IMG/VR virus record: IMGVR_UViG_3300010358_000004
Span: 1 to 47,237 of that record
DNA from: a virus
Taxonomy: Duplodnaviria; Caudoviricetes
DNA length: 47,237 nt
Strand: one strand, 5' to 3'
The position numbers and the translations under genes are program-made. The notes beneath the pieces are model-generated. The model saw nothing but the letters and a program-made list of their open reading frames with translations, was not told where the DNA came from and did not search any database. This document shows, in pieces, positions 1 to 8,502 of this stretch. Position 1 is the first letter of the stretch. Every line of letters starts with the position of its first letter.

Positions 1-17
1 CCCTCCCCCCAGTCTTT

Positions 18-197
18 TCAGAGTCCTAACTCCCGCCTGGTAGCGGCGACTGCTCGACGAGCCGCACTGGCTGGCTTGACGCGACTGTCATACCAGCGTT
101 TGTAAGGTGCGTCGTATAGGTCATTGTGCGATAGTCCGCACAGTTCAAAGCACCAATAGTCGACCTGTTTTAACCAGTCTTCAAAGCTAATGAGCAT
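18..197 (-). CDS. small hypothetical phage protein (59 aa, MLISFEDWLKQVDYW...)
   Basis: Translated by hand (below ORF-track cutoff); ATG 197, TGA 18-20; AGGAGG upstream across a hairpin; same strand as neighbours. Confidence 0.65.
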   Translation of the reverse strand: MLISFEDWLKQVDYWCFELCGLSHNDLYDAPYKRWYDSRVKPASAARRAVAATRRELGL

Positions 198-236
198 GGT
201 GTGTCGGGCGGGATTTCTCCCGCCCGCCTCCTGTTG

Positions 237-584
237 TTAATAGTCGCCGTCGGCTTCGTCGTATTCGACCGCGCGGATAGCTGGCTTCTTTTTAGGACTC
301 GGGCCAGCAATCGCGCGAGGCGCGTGCGTCTCATCCCAACCATGCCGACGAAGAGTCTCGACAAGGCAGGACTCGAACTCATTACCCTTTACCGACGCGC
401 CATCATAACGGCCAGTCCCAAGGTGATATTCAATCTTCACCTCGTTTTTGTCCGTCATAGTCCGTCCCTCAGCGGTGATTGTGAGGTAGAACGAACCAAC
501 GTTAGCCGCTCCGAAGCGGTCGCGGATTTCGTTAGTTGCGTCGACGAAAGCCATGTGCAACTTGTTAGCAAGCAATTTTGACAT
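237..584 (-). CDS. hypothetical protein
   Basis: ORF 237..641; more likely start ATG 584 (MSKLLAN) preceded by AGGAG. Confidence 0.7.
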   Translation of the reverse strand: MSKLLANKLHMAFVDATNEIRDRFGAANVGSFYLTITAEGRTMTDKNEVKIEYHLGTGRYDGASVKGNEFESCLVETLRRHGWDETHAPRAIAGPSPKKKPAIRAVEYDEADGDY

Positions 585-617
585 GCGTGTTACTCCTGTT
601 TGCGCGAGATTGCGCCA

Positions 618-644
618 TAGATGGGCGCGCACGGCGCCCATCTA
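618..644. other. 11-bp perfect hairpin (TAGATGGGCGC/GCGCCCATCTA), possible processing or stability element
   Basis: Inverted repeat between the 658 and 584 ORFs; no clear U-tract on the minus strand. Confidence 0.5.
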
Positions 645-657
645 AAGCGATACCCCG

Positions 658-1335
658 TTAGGCCGCGCGGACTTTCGAGAAGCCCATATCGGCCGCGCTA
701 GTAACAGGCGCTTCGCTCGGCTTAGGCGATTTCGCCTCAACCTTGCGACTGGCCACGATGGTTTCGGCTTGTTGCCACAATTCTTCATGGCGAGTAGATG
801 CAATGAAGTCTCGCAGTTCCTGCCGGTTCCACGTTTCGCCGTCCGCGAACGTGATAACGTCCGTTTCATTAGTTGGCACTTTAAGTGCCTTACCGTCCTG
901 ACCCTTCTTGCCTTTGAACTCGGCCGCAATCGCGCGGTCAAGAAGCTTGAAGTATTCGGACTCGACGCTATCGCCGCGCGAGCGATCCGACTCGGTAATC
1001 CCGCCATCTTCTAGGCAAAGGTTCCAATTTTTGGTCGCCTCACCTAAAAGCGCCGCGTTCCAATCTTCCGGATTTGCCTCGCGATAGACTCGAAGCGCCT
1101 CTTTGCGATCGTCGGCGGACATACCGTCAACCAGTCCCGCCGCGCTTTTGATTTCCGGAATGGAAATCGCGGACGCGTAGGACTCGTTAGAAAGCTTATG
1201 CTTGATTACCTTTTTAAGCGCCGCAACCTTGTTAGATAGCGGAACTTGCAACCAAGTTGTCTCGAAAAGTTGTCCCGCGATAGTGAAAGTCAACGGGAAA
1301 TCTTCGAGTTCTACTGAACCATTAGTGCGTGCCAT
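658..1335 (-). CDS. hypothetical early protein
   Basis: 225-aa ORF, start ATG 1335 with GAAAGGTG SD; no recognised motif. Confidence 0.75.
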   Translation of the reverse strand: MARTNGSVELEDFPLTFTIAGQLFETTWLQVPLSNKVAALKKVIKHKLSNESYASAISIPEIKSAAGLVDGMSADDRKEALRVYREANPEDWNAALLGEATKNWNLCLEDGGITESDRSRGDSVESEYFKLLDRAIAAEFKGKKGQDGKALKVPTNETDVITFADGETWNRQELRDFIASTRHEELWQQAETIVASRKVEAKSPKPSEAPVTSAADMGFSKVRAA

Positions 1336-1884
1336 GTTAGTCACCTTTCACAACAAAGCGCCGGTTCCGCCGACGCACGGTAGGCATAGTTGTACTCTTG
1401 AAAGCCGCTTTCAGGTGTCCGACACGCGGCATCCCGCGCGCCCACTGTTTTCCTGGGGAGGGCGATTGTGCTCGAGTCCGCGAGCGAGCGGGTTCCGGAA
1501 GCGGCGACCGCCGCGTCTTGTCAAACCATCAATCAACCTTTCCATATCGTCATCTAATGATGAGAGTATGGCTTAGGCGAGCAGCAATGTCTACTCGGTC
1601 GTGACCCATATCTTTGCATGGCACCCATGCAAGGATTGCATGGGTCGTACACGCGGTCGGCGACCTCGGAGACTGCTGCACCCGCTCGAGTTGCAATGCA
1701 CCCGCTCGGCGGGTCGAGGAGCCTGGCGGTGCAACCACAGGTGGTGCGGCATAGTGACGCACCGGGGGGCTGGCCTGCAGATGAGGCTTGACTGGGGCCC
1801 GGGGCCGAAGGCGGTACCTGCTTTATAAAAAACTACAAAACATCATGGCCATTAGATTTCAAAAAATTGGAACTTGATGGCCAC

Positions 1885-1901
1885 CGTCCATTCAATGAAC
1901 A
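1885..1901. promoter_or_regulatory. 17-bp palindromic operator-like motif, copy 1 (CGTCCATTCAATGAACA)
   Basis: Matches copies at 14270, 31219, 46888. Confidence 0.6.
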
Positions 1902-1932
1902 ATGACCACGCTCCACAGCCATCACAAAACCC

Positions 1933-1961
1933 TTGACATCTCCCCAGTCTCGCCGTACCCT
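1933..1961 (+). promoter_or_regulatory. putative sigma70 promoter of the plus arm
   Basis: TTGACA 1933-1938, 17-nt spacer, TACCCT 1956-1961. Confidence 0.5.
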
Positions 1962-2082
1962 TATACCCGCGCCATTCGGGTTTGTTCCGGTGGCTGGGTC
2001 CATGACTAGATGCTGGGTGTGAGTTATGGATCAGGGCTGTGGGTGTTTGGCCCTTGCCTGACTCCTGGTCCGGGAGAGTTTG

Positions 2083-2715
2083 ATGGACGACTTGGGTGAA
2101 GGTGGGTTGGTGGACTGCCCGTTTGACCGGCTCCCGTCTGGAAGGGGTGGTAGAGCTGCGAGGCGGGTTAATTGGGAGGTTGTCCGGACTTTGAGAGTTC
2201 CGGATGACCTCCCTCTTTTGTCTGAACGCCACCCTAAACGCGCTAGTCAGCAGACCCTTAAACACATCCGAAATTCGCATCACCAACTCGCCCGGTTGAT
2301 GGCGACAGGTGTGGATCAGGAGGAAATCTCCTTAATCACCGGGTATTCACCCGCGTATATATCTCGGATTAAAAACGATCCGACCTTCGAGGCGCTGGTC
2401 GATTACTACGACAAGCAGCGGGACGAAATCTTCGTTGATGTAGTCGAGAGGATGAAGACTCTGGGGCTCTCCACCCTGGACGAGCTTCAAAGACGCCTGG
2501 ATGACGAGCCGGATGAGTGGTCTCGCCGCGAATTGATGGAGATGGCCGAGCTGATGCTAGTTAAACCGGCTGCTGCACGAACCCCACTGCATACGACCGC
2601 GACCATTGCACCCGTGTCGGTTAATGTGAAGTTTGTTACTGCCCAACCTCGTGAACCCCTAGCGATTGAGGGCATTATAGTTGACCAGCCAAAGGAACCA
2701 GCTAATGGAAGTTAG
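2083..2715 (+). CDS. HTH DNA-binding protein, probable terminase small subunit
   Basis: HTH-like QEEISLITGYSPAYISRIKNDP followed by helical region; first gene of the packaging arm. Confidence 0.55.
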   Translation: MDDLGEGGLVDCPFDRLPSGRGGRAARRVNWEVVRTLRVPDDLPLLSERHPKRASQQTLKHIRNSHHQLARLMATGVDQEEISLITGYSPAYISRIKNDPTFEALVDYYDKQRDEIFVDVVERMKTLGLSTLDELQRRLDDEPDEWSRRELMEMAELMLVKPAAARTPLHTTATIAPVSVNVKFVTAQPREPLAIEGIIVDQPKEPANGS

Positions 2716-2941
2716 TGACTGCGAGGATCTGCGGCGGCAGATTAAGCCGATTGCTGAGAGGTTGGCAGAGCTTTATTCGGGGCGGGTCTGGCCGAATGAG
2801 CAGCGTGAGGTTGTAGCCAATGCAACGCTGGCGTATAGGCATCTTGAAGATGCGTCAATGCGTATCGGCAAGTGTATTCAAGCTCTGGATAAGGGCTCGT
2901 CTGTGTACGACAGGACTCAAGTACCCAAGATAGAAGAATGA
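2705..2941 (+). CDS. small helical-hairpin protein (Acb2/Tad1-like resemblance)
   Basis: ATG 2705 with AAGGA SD; ANATLAYRHLEDASMRIGKCIQAL helix. Confidence 0.55.
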   Translation: MEVSDCEDLRRQIKPIAERLAELYSGRVWPNEQREVVANATLAYRHLEDASMRIGKCIQALDKGSSVYDRTQVPKIEE

Positions 2942-3522
2942 GTGAGAACCCGTACGTTAAACCAGTGAACGGACTGTTGTGGGCTAGGCCGGTTAATAAG
3001 CCTGCCTTTATACCGGTTTCTCGGCCTCGCGGTGCGAAAGCAGCCGGACTTAGATACGAGAGGCAGTTCGCCAAGTTCTTGAAGCCTCTCGGGTGCATTC
3101 ACGGGCAGTGGTTTGAGTTTGAGGATAAGTCTGGGGTTCGTTATTGTCAGACAGACATCATATTCCCCGTATCCAAACGACTCTTTTCTGTGATTGAAGT
3201 CAAGTACACCCTGGTAGACCGCGCGTATGACCAGCTTTTGGATGTGTACGGACCGGTAGTTGAGGCCGCGTATAACGTGCCAGTCGGGTTGGTGGTAGTC
3301 TACAAGAACTATCGGGGTGGTGGGCAAGGGGTTCCGTTTGTAGATATTCCGATGGCGACACAATTCTCTGTGGATACTGGCCATGTGGCTAATCTGCATT
3401 GGATTGGGCAGCCAGTGGCACCGAAACCGAATGACCGCCTCCTGGGTGTGTTAGAGATAGCACATTCAGATCAGACTGGCAGACCACGCGCGTCCCCCAC
3501 GCCCCCATCTGTCATGCACTGA
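2938..3522 (+). CDS. PD-(D/E)xK endonuclease / resolvase-like protein
   Basis: GLRYE...QTDII...IEVK catalytic pattern. Confidence 0.65.
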   Translation: MSENPYVKPVNGLLWARPVNKPAFIPVSRPRGAKAAGLRYERQFAKFLKPLGCIHGQWFEFEDKSGVRYCQTDIIFPVSKRLFSVIEVKYTLVDRAYDQLLDVYGPVVEAAYNVPVGLVVVYKNYRGGGQGVPFVDIPMATQFSVDTGHVANLHWIGQPVAPKPNDRLLGVLEIAHSDQTGRPRASPTPPSVMH

Positions 3523-3598
3523 TTGGTCGTTCGCCCCAGCCGGTTGCTGCCCCATGCGAACCGGCTGGGGGTCATCAAAAGGGTTGAAAGGCAGTTCG

Positions 3599-3835
3599 AT
3601 GGCTGATGAGAGACTGAATAGGACTCCACACCGTCGAAAGAGTCGAAATACCCTTGAACACACCGAGGGCAGGTGGGGGCCGTATGTACCTATGCGTGGT
3701 GCGTTTGGGCAGGCTATGGCCATCATGCAAGGAGTTTACCGGCCTGTCTCACCAACAGAGGCCAGATTGAGTCCAGCTGGGAAGTCGTTCGCGCTAAGTA
3801 ACCACGGTTACAATAAGCTGCGGGACTGGGACTGA
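3599..3835 (+). CDS. hypothetical protein
   Basis: ATG 3599 with GAAAGG SD, in operon. Confidence 0.55.
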   Translation: MADERLNRTPHRRKSRNTLEHTEGRWGPYVPMRGAFGQAMAIMQGVYRPVSPTEARLSPAGKSFALSNHGYNKLRDWD

Positions 3836-3839
3836 TCGA

Positions 3840-4313
3840 ATGAATAAGAGAAACAACATCATTAATCTGCTAGAGCATCCGGAATTCAAGTTTGCTTGCA
3901 AGTTTGATGATGTTGACTGGGAGATCCTGCGAGAGTTCCGAGGGCGTGGGTTCGGGTTGACAGCTCATGAAGTCGAGAACTATCTAGGCAAGTACACCTA
4001 TGCAAAAGTGTATGGCCAGTTAGTTCAGATGGAGAAGGACAGACTGGTCAATCGGCTTAAAAAGAGACTGCCGAAAGTCCCAGGTAAAGAGCACATTTAC
4101 CGTCGGATAGAGCACGCTTGGTTACCAACTCAAAGAGGAGAAGAGTATGGCAGAACATGGCCGCGACCCTCACTGGGGCCCCAAGCCTCCAATGTCAAGC
4201 CCAGTAAAGCACGGACCGGGAAAGGCAGTGGGGACAGACAGCCTCTCTGGAGCCATGCAACAGTTACACTCAGAGCACCCGTACCACGTGCAGGGGGAAA
4301 ACCTCCAGCATAA
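3840..4313 (+). CDS. hypothetical protein, possible winged-helix
   Basis: LTAHEV...VYGQLVQMEKDRLV...WLPTQRG pattern typical of wHTH; C-terminus overlaps next ORF. Confidence 0.5.
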   Translation: MNKRNNIINLLEHPEFKFACKFDDVDWEILREFRGRGFGLTAHEVENYLGKYTYAKVYGQLVQMEKDRLVNRLKKRLPKVPGKEHIYRRIEHAWLPTQRGEEYGRTWPRPSLGPQASNVKPSKARTGKGSGDRQPLWSHATVTLRAPVPRAGGKPPA

Positions 4314-4380
4314 GTCAACGGGGAAGATACATCACAACGTGACCTCCAATGTTTATGGGGCGAACGGTGGGGTGAAGTGA
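4147..4380 (+). CDS. hypothetical protein
   Basis: GAGGAG SD before ATG; GTGA overlap with next gene. Confidence 0.55.
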   Translation: MAEHGRDPHWGPKPPMSSPVKHGPGKAVGTDSLSGAMQQLHSEHPYHVQGENLQHKSTGKIHHNVTSNVYGANGGVK

Positions 4381-4610
4381 AGGACTGGCTTGAATGGTTG
4401 TTCAGGTCTTCTGGGCTGAGGTGCGCGGTCCGTCTGGAATGGGTGGATGACGTGCGCTCAGTCGAGGTGATTGTAGAGCGATCAGCGTGGGATGGAGGCG
4501 GGGAAAGGCGTATCCATGTCGAGATTGAAGCCCTGGTTAGGCTGAATGAAGACGAGGTGGTAAACGCCTTTGTTATGCCAGTAATTGGTAGCTTCATGAA
4601 GGCGGCTTGA
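4377..4610 (+). CDS. hypothetical protein
   Basis: Tightly packed ORF in operon. Confidence 0.5.
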   Translation: MKDWLEWLFRSSGLRCAVRLEWVDDVRSVEVIVERSAWDGGGERRIHVEIEALVRLNEDEVVNAFVMPVIGSFMKAA

Positions 4611-4611
4611 G

Positions 4612-4767
4612 ATGGCAGGGATCACCATTAAGAATGGGAAGTCTGGCAGGCAGATCAAGTCCGCCCTTGAGCAGCATGACAAGACTATGCACGGGGGTAA
4701 GAAGGCTCCCAAGATAACAGTCAAAAACGGGAAGAACGGTAAAAGTGGAAATGGCCGGAGGTACTGA
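4612..4767 (+). CDS. small basic protein (51 aa, MAGITIKNGKSG...)
   Basis: Hand-translated; Lys/Gly-rich; TGATG coupling to next ORF. Confidence 0.55.
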   Translation: MAGITIKNGKSGRQIKSALEQHDKTMHGGKKAPKITVKNGKNGKSGNGRRY

Positions 4768-5150
4768 TGGTTGACAGTTCATGGCCTAAGGGTACAGGAA
4801 CCCAGGCAAGAGCGGCTCCAAATCCGCAAACTTGGAGCCGGCCCGATCCGCCGAGGCTCAATGATACGAGTGCATTGGTCCGCAAAGGGACACACCCCTA
4901 CGAGCTTCTTCTGCGTGGTTCAAAGTGGACCTCCCCGCTCGAAACTGCGTGGAACGCAGAGCATACCTTTAACGGAAGTAACAACCGTGGTGTTCCAGAG
5001 GTTGCGATCTCGCCACCGTATGGTGGTGGATCAGTCTTCGCTGTCAAAACGACTACTAGAAGCCGTGGTGGCCGCACTGCTGATGGAAACGGATCGATAC
5101 CTAGATCTGGTACACTAGCTAACGCAGTAGCTGTCTGTGAGAAGTGCTGA
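4767..5150 (+). CDS. hypothetical protein
   Basis: GGAGG SD, TGATG overlap. Confidence 0.55.
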   Translation: MVDSSWPKGTGTQARAAPNPQTWSRPDPPRLNDTSALVRKGTHPYELLLRGSKWTSPLETAWNAEHTFNGSNNRGVPEVAISPPYGGGSVFAVKTTTRSRGGRTADGNGSIPRSGTLANAVAVCEKC

Positions 5151-5388
5151 ACCGCCACATGAGTCACAAGGGCATCAAGGGATAGTCAGTGAGGCGTTAG
5201 GCATTGGTAAGGACTTAGTTAAGTCACTGCCACCTGCCTTTCTCTTACTGGTGTTGATAAATCTTGCGTTCCTGGGTATGATAATGTGGTTTCTAAATTC
5301 GCAATTGTCGCAGAGGGCTGAGTTTGTGTCTAAGCTGGTAGACAGATGTATGGAGATAGCGCTGCACGCTCCGTCACCAAGTCAGTAG
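5137..5388 (+). CDS. small membrane protein, holin-like candidate
   Basis: Hydrophobic stretch FLLLVLINLAFLGMIMWFL. Confidence 0.5.
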   Translation: MRSAEPPHESQGHQGIVSEALGIGKDLVKSLPPAFLLLVLINLAFLGMIMWFLNSQLSQRAEFVSKLVDRCMEIALHAPSPSQ

Positions 5389-5396
5389 GACTATAG

Positions 5397-6371
5397 ATGA
5401 CTCTAATTCTACCGAATGGTAGGCAAACATTTTTAGATCAGAATGGGGACCCCATCTCTGGTGGGTCGATATATAGTTATGTGCCAGGGACAACCACTCC
5501 AAAGAGCACATATGTTGATGAAGGGATGACCGTACCTAATTCAAATCCAGTGATTTTGGATCAGGCGGGTCGGTGTACGATGTGGGGGGCTGGCCTGTTC
5601 CGCCAAGTCGCCTATGATATGTTTGGGAATTTGCAGTGGGACCAGGAGACTGGGTTCCAAGTCAATGGGCAGGACTTCCCACCCAATTTAACTATACCGG
5701 GTAATGTCACGTTCAGCGGCCCAGTCAATATGAACAACACACTTACCGTTGCTGGGCATAGCTATTTTAATGGAGGGACTAGTATTGCTGGTGGGTTGAC
5801 AGCCGATACTATAAACACAACTAATCTGACCGCGACTGGGACGACTACCCTGTCTGGGACCACCAATATCTCTGGCACGTTCAATATGCCAGAGGACATT
5901 AAAGTACGAAACATTAGCCCTTATGATAGTAGCGTTGTTGCTCCAAACTTCACAGCGGGTGCCCAGTTCCGATCCAATCCGAATATCGGACCTAACGATG
6001 CGATCGAGGCGTTCGGTAATATCGATATAATGCAGCCGGGTAGGTATCTGCGAGTGCAGGCAGCTGGTGAAGCTACACTGGCGCTAACTAATCTGGCATC
6101 TGGTATTTCTTGGGGAATTACAGCCTCTGGTGCTGACCCAGCTTCAGGCAAGATTGACTTTGGGTTTGTGGATGGGCAGGCAGCTCAGATCAAGAACCTG
6201 ATGGCTATGGATATAGCGGGGGACATTGAAATTACTGGCAATCTGCAAGTTGATCTGAACTTGGTGGTTCTGGGGACTATTAATGGGGCTTCGTCTACGA
6301 CTCTCATGAGCTGTGAAGCTAGATTGGCAGCGTTAGAAACTTACGCTAGAAGTCAGGGTGCCACCCTCTGA
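5397..6371 (+). CDS. tail spike/fibre protein with P22-type head-binding N-terminal domain
   Basis: FLDQNGDPISGGSIYSYVPGTTTPKSTY...NSNPVILDQAGR N-terminus; beta-rich middle; C-terminal EARLAALE coil. Confidence 0.7.
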   Translation: MTLILPNGRQTFLDQNGDPISGGSIYSYVPGTTTPKSTYVDEGMTVPNSNPVILDQAGRCTMWGAGLFRQVAYDMFGNLQWDQETGFQVNGQDFPPNLTIPGNVTFSGPVNMNNTLTVAGHSYFNGGTSIAGGLTADTINTTNLTATGTTTLSGTTNISGTFNMPEDIKVRNISPYDSSVVAPNFTAGAQFRSNPNIGPNDAIEAFGNIDIMQPGRYLRVQAAGEATLALTNLASGISWGITASGADPASGKIDFGFVDGQAAQIKNLMAMDIAGDIEITGNLQVDLNLVVLGTINGASSTTLMSCEARLAALETYARSQGATL

Positions 6372-7747
6372 TGGACACGCATGTAGTCCATAATGTGACG
6401 ACGGTGGATGCGGAGTTCCCGGCTCCGTTGCAGTGCCTGTTCGAACCGAAGCGCTACAAGATTTTGTGGGGTGGCCGTGGAGCAGGAAGAAGTTGGGGAG
6501 TTTCACGTGCACTCCTCATCAACGGGACGGGACGGCCCCTACGCGTCCTTTGCGCCAGAGAATTACAAAATTCTATATCAGAGTCCGTTCACAAGGTCTT
6601 ATCTGATCAGATCAGCGCGCTCGGACTCGACGAGTTCTATGAAGTCCAGGCGCACAGGATTCTGGGGAAGAATGGGACGAGTTTTTCGTTTGAGGGGATC
6701 AAGAACAACGTCAACAAAATAAAGAGCTACGAAGGTATTGATGTCTGCTGGGTCGAGGAGGCAAACAAAGTCTCTAGAAACTCGTGGGGGGTGCTGATAC
6801 CGACTATCCGAAAGGAGGACAGTGAGATTTGGTTGACGTTTAATCCAGAGCTTGAGACTGATTACACCTATAAGCGGTTTGTGTTGGAGGCTGATCCGGC
6901 TTCCATGCATGTAGTCAAGATGACTTGGAGGGATAACCCGTTCTTCCCCGAGGTACTGCGGGATGAGATGGAGCGGGATAAGAAGTTAGATTATGACCAT
7001 TATCTGAATATCTGGGAAGGGCATTGCGTCCAGGTTTTGGAGGGCGCGGTTTATGCGAAGGAACTCCGGCGGGCGGCTGAGGAAGGTAGAATTTGTAACG
7101 TTCCCTATGATAGGGAGTACCCAGTCGAGACGTTCTGGGATCTGGGCCGTGCTGACGCGACCGCCATCTGGTTCGCGCAACGTGTGGCTATGCAGTATAG
7201 GATACTGGATTACTACAGTGCGACAGGGGAGGGAGACGTATCAGTTTACCTGCGTGAAATGCAACAAAAAGGATACTTTCTTGGAACAGTCTGGCTTCCG
7301 CACGATGCTAGAGCAAAGAGGTTGGGGACCAAACGCACTATTCAAGAGCAGATCACTCAAGCGGGCTTCAAGACCAGGATCGTTCCAAACATAAGTAAGA
7401 CAGATGGGATAAATGCAGCGCGTCTAATCTTTCCGAACTGCTGGTTTGATGAAACAAGGTGTGCGGATGGGATACAAAGTCTGCGACATTACCGGTACCG
7501 AGTTGTTGAAGGACAGTACTCCAATGAGCCTGTTCACGATTGGGCCTCTGACGGAGCAGACGCGTTCAGATATCTTGCACTATCTCTCCGAGAAAAGTCT
7601 GAGAACGATAGGGCCGTTGGAGTCATGGAGCGCCTTAGAGGGCTTGTTGAGTCAACTCGTAAAGAAAGAGAGCAAGAACTAGAAGATGTAGAGTTTTCGG
7701 GGCGCCCAGGGCGAGCGAGGTTTGGGGGTGGGGGATGGATGAGATAG
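6371..7747 (+). CDS. terL: terminase large subunit (PBSX/Terminase_3-type)
   Basis: RYKILWGGRGAGRS Walker A variant, CWVEEA Walker B, TFNP, WDLG..D nuclease, HDWASDGADAFRY. Confidence 0.95.
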   Translation: MDTHVVHNVTTVDAEFPAPLQCLFEPKRYKILWGGRGAGRSWGVSRALLINGTGRPLRVLCARELQNSISESVHKVLSDQISALGLDEFYEVQAHRILGKNGTSFSFEGIKNNVNKIKSYEGIDVCWVEEANKVSRNSWGVLIPTIRKEDSEIWLTFNPELETDYTYKRFVLEADPASMHVVKMTWRDNPFFPEVLRDEMERDKKLDYDHYLNIWEGHCVQVLEGAVYAKELRRAAEEGRICNVPYDREYPVETFWDLGRADATAIWFAQRVAMQYRILDYYSATGEGDVSVYLREMQQKGYFLGTVWLPHDARAKRLGTKRTIQEQITQAGFKTRIVPNISKTDGINAARLIFPNCWFDETRCADGIQSLRHYRYRVVEGQYSNEPVHDWASDGADAFRYLALSLREKSENDRAVGVMERLRGLVESTRKEREQELEDVEFSGRPGRARFGGGGWMR

Positions 7748-8142
7748 GGAGACTGTCCGAAGATCGGAGGAACCTGTTTCTCAAGATACAAGGACAGGTT
7801 GCGCGGAAGATCAGGGAGTATTTTATTGAGCAAGATATTGAGATAATGAATGCTGTAAAGGATAATCAAGTTAATTCGAAGCCGTATCAGATACATGTGA
7901 GTTTCCTGGAAGAGAAGTTAGGTGAGGAGAACTGTGTAGTAGCGGTTGCGGGTAATCTGATACATCATATAAAGAAGCATCAGAATGACCCTAAAAGAGT
8001 TTTTATTTTCAAATTGGCTGAGCCAGATAATGTTGAGTTTGCATACACGTGCTACTGTGATGGAGTCTATCTGCGAGGAGTTGCCGACTACTTCCTGCCT
8101 ACCGACTCGATCATGTGCCGCTTCGACATTCTCTATTGCTGA
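7735..8142 (+). CDS. hypothetical protein (AT-richer insert)
   Basis: 135-aa ORF between terL and portal. Confidence 0.6.
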   Translation: MDEIGRLSEDRRNLFLKIQGQVARKIREYFIEQDIEIMNAVKDNQVNSKPYQIHVSFLEEKLGEENCVVAVAGNLIHHIKKHQNDPKRVFIFKLAEPDNVEFAYTCYCDGVYLRGVADYFLPTDSIMCRFDILYC

Positions 8143-8143
8143 C

Positions 8144-8497
8144 ATGAGACGGGTTATAGTCGAGAGCCCATATAAGGGCGATGTGGAGCGGAATGAAAGG
8201 TATGCAAGAGCGTGTTTGCTGGACTCTCTCAAGAGGGGTGAGGCACCATTAGCGAGTCACCTGCTGTATACCCAAGTGCTAGATGATAAATTAGATAAAG
8301 AGCGACGCTTGGGTATGAAGGCAGGTCACGCGTGGATACCTGTCGCGGAGTGTATGGTGATCTACACGGACTTGGGGGAAAGTGATGGGGTTTTTGAGGG
8401 ATTGAAGGTGGCAAGGCTGTTTGAGATCCCTGTTGAGTTTAGAGCAATTGATTGGACTGATTCGACTGATTCGACAGACAATGGTGGGCGAGCGTAG
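8144..8497 (+). CDS. nucleoside deoxyribosyltransferase/TIR-like fold phage protein (DUF4406/DUF7768-like)
   Basis: MRRVIVESPYKGDVERN...GEAPLASHLLYTQVLDD...S.G pattern; ATG 8144. Confidence 0.7.
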   Translation: MRRVIVESPYKGDVERNERYARACLLDSLKRGEAPLASHLLYTQVLDDKLDKERRLGMKAGHAWIPVAECMVIYTDLGESDGVFEGLKVARLFEIPVEFRAIDWTDSTDSTDNGGRA

Positions 8498-8502
8498 CGA
8501 GC

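Noticed and set aside
1519-1524. Leftward sigma70 promoter at TTGACA
   Set aside because: No acceptable -10 hexamer at 16-18 nt spacing
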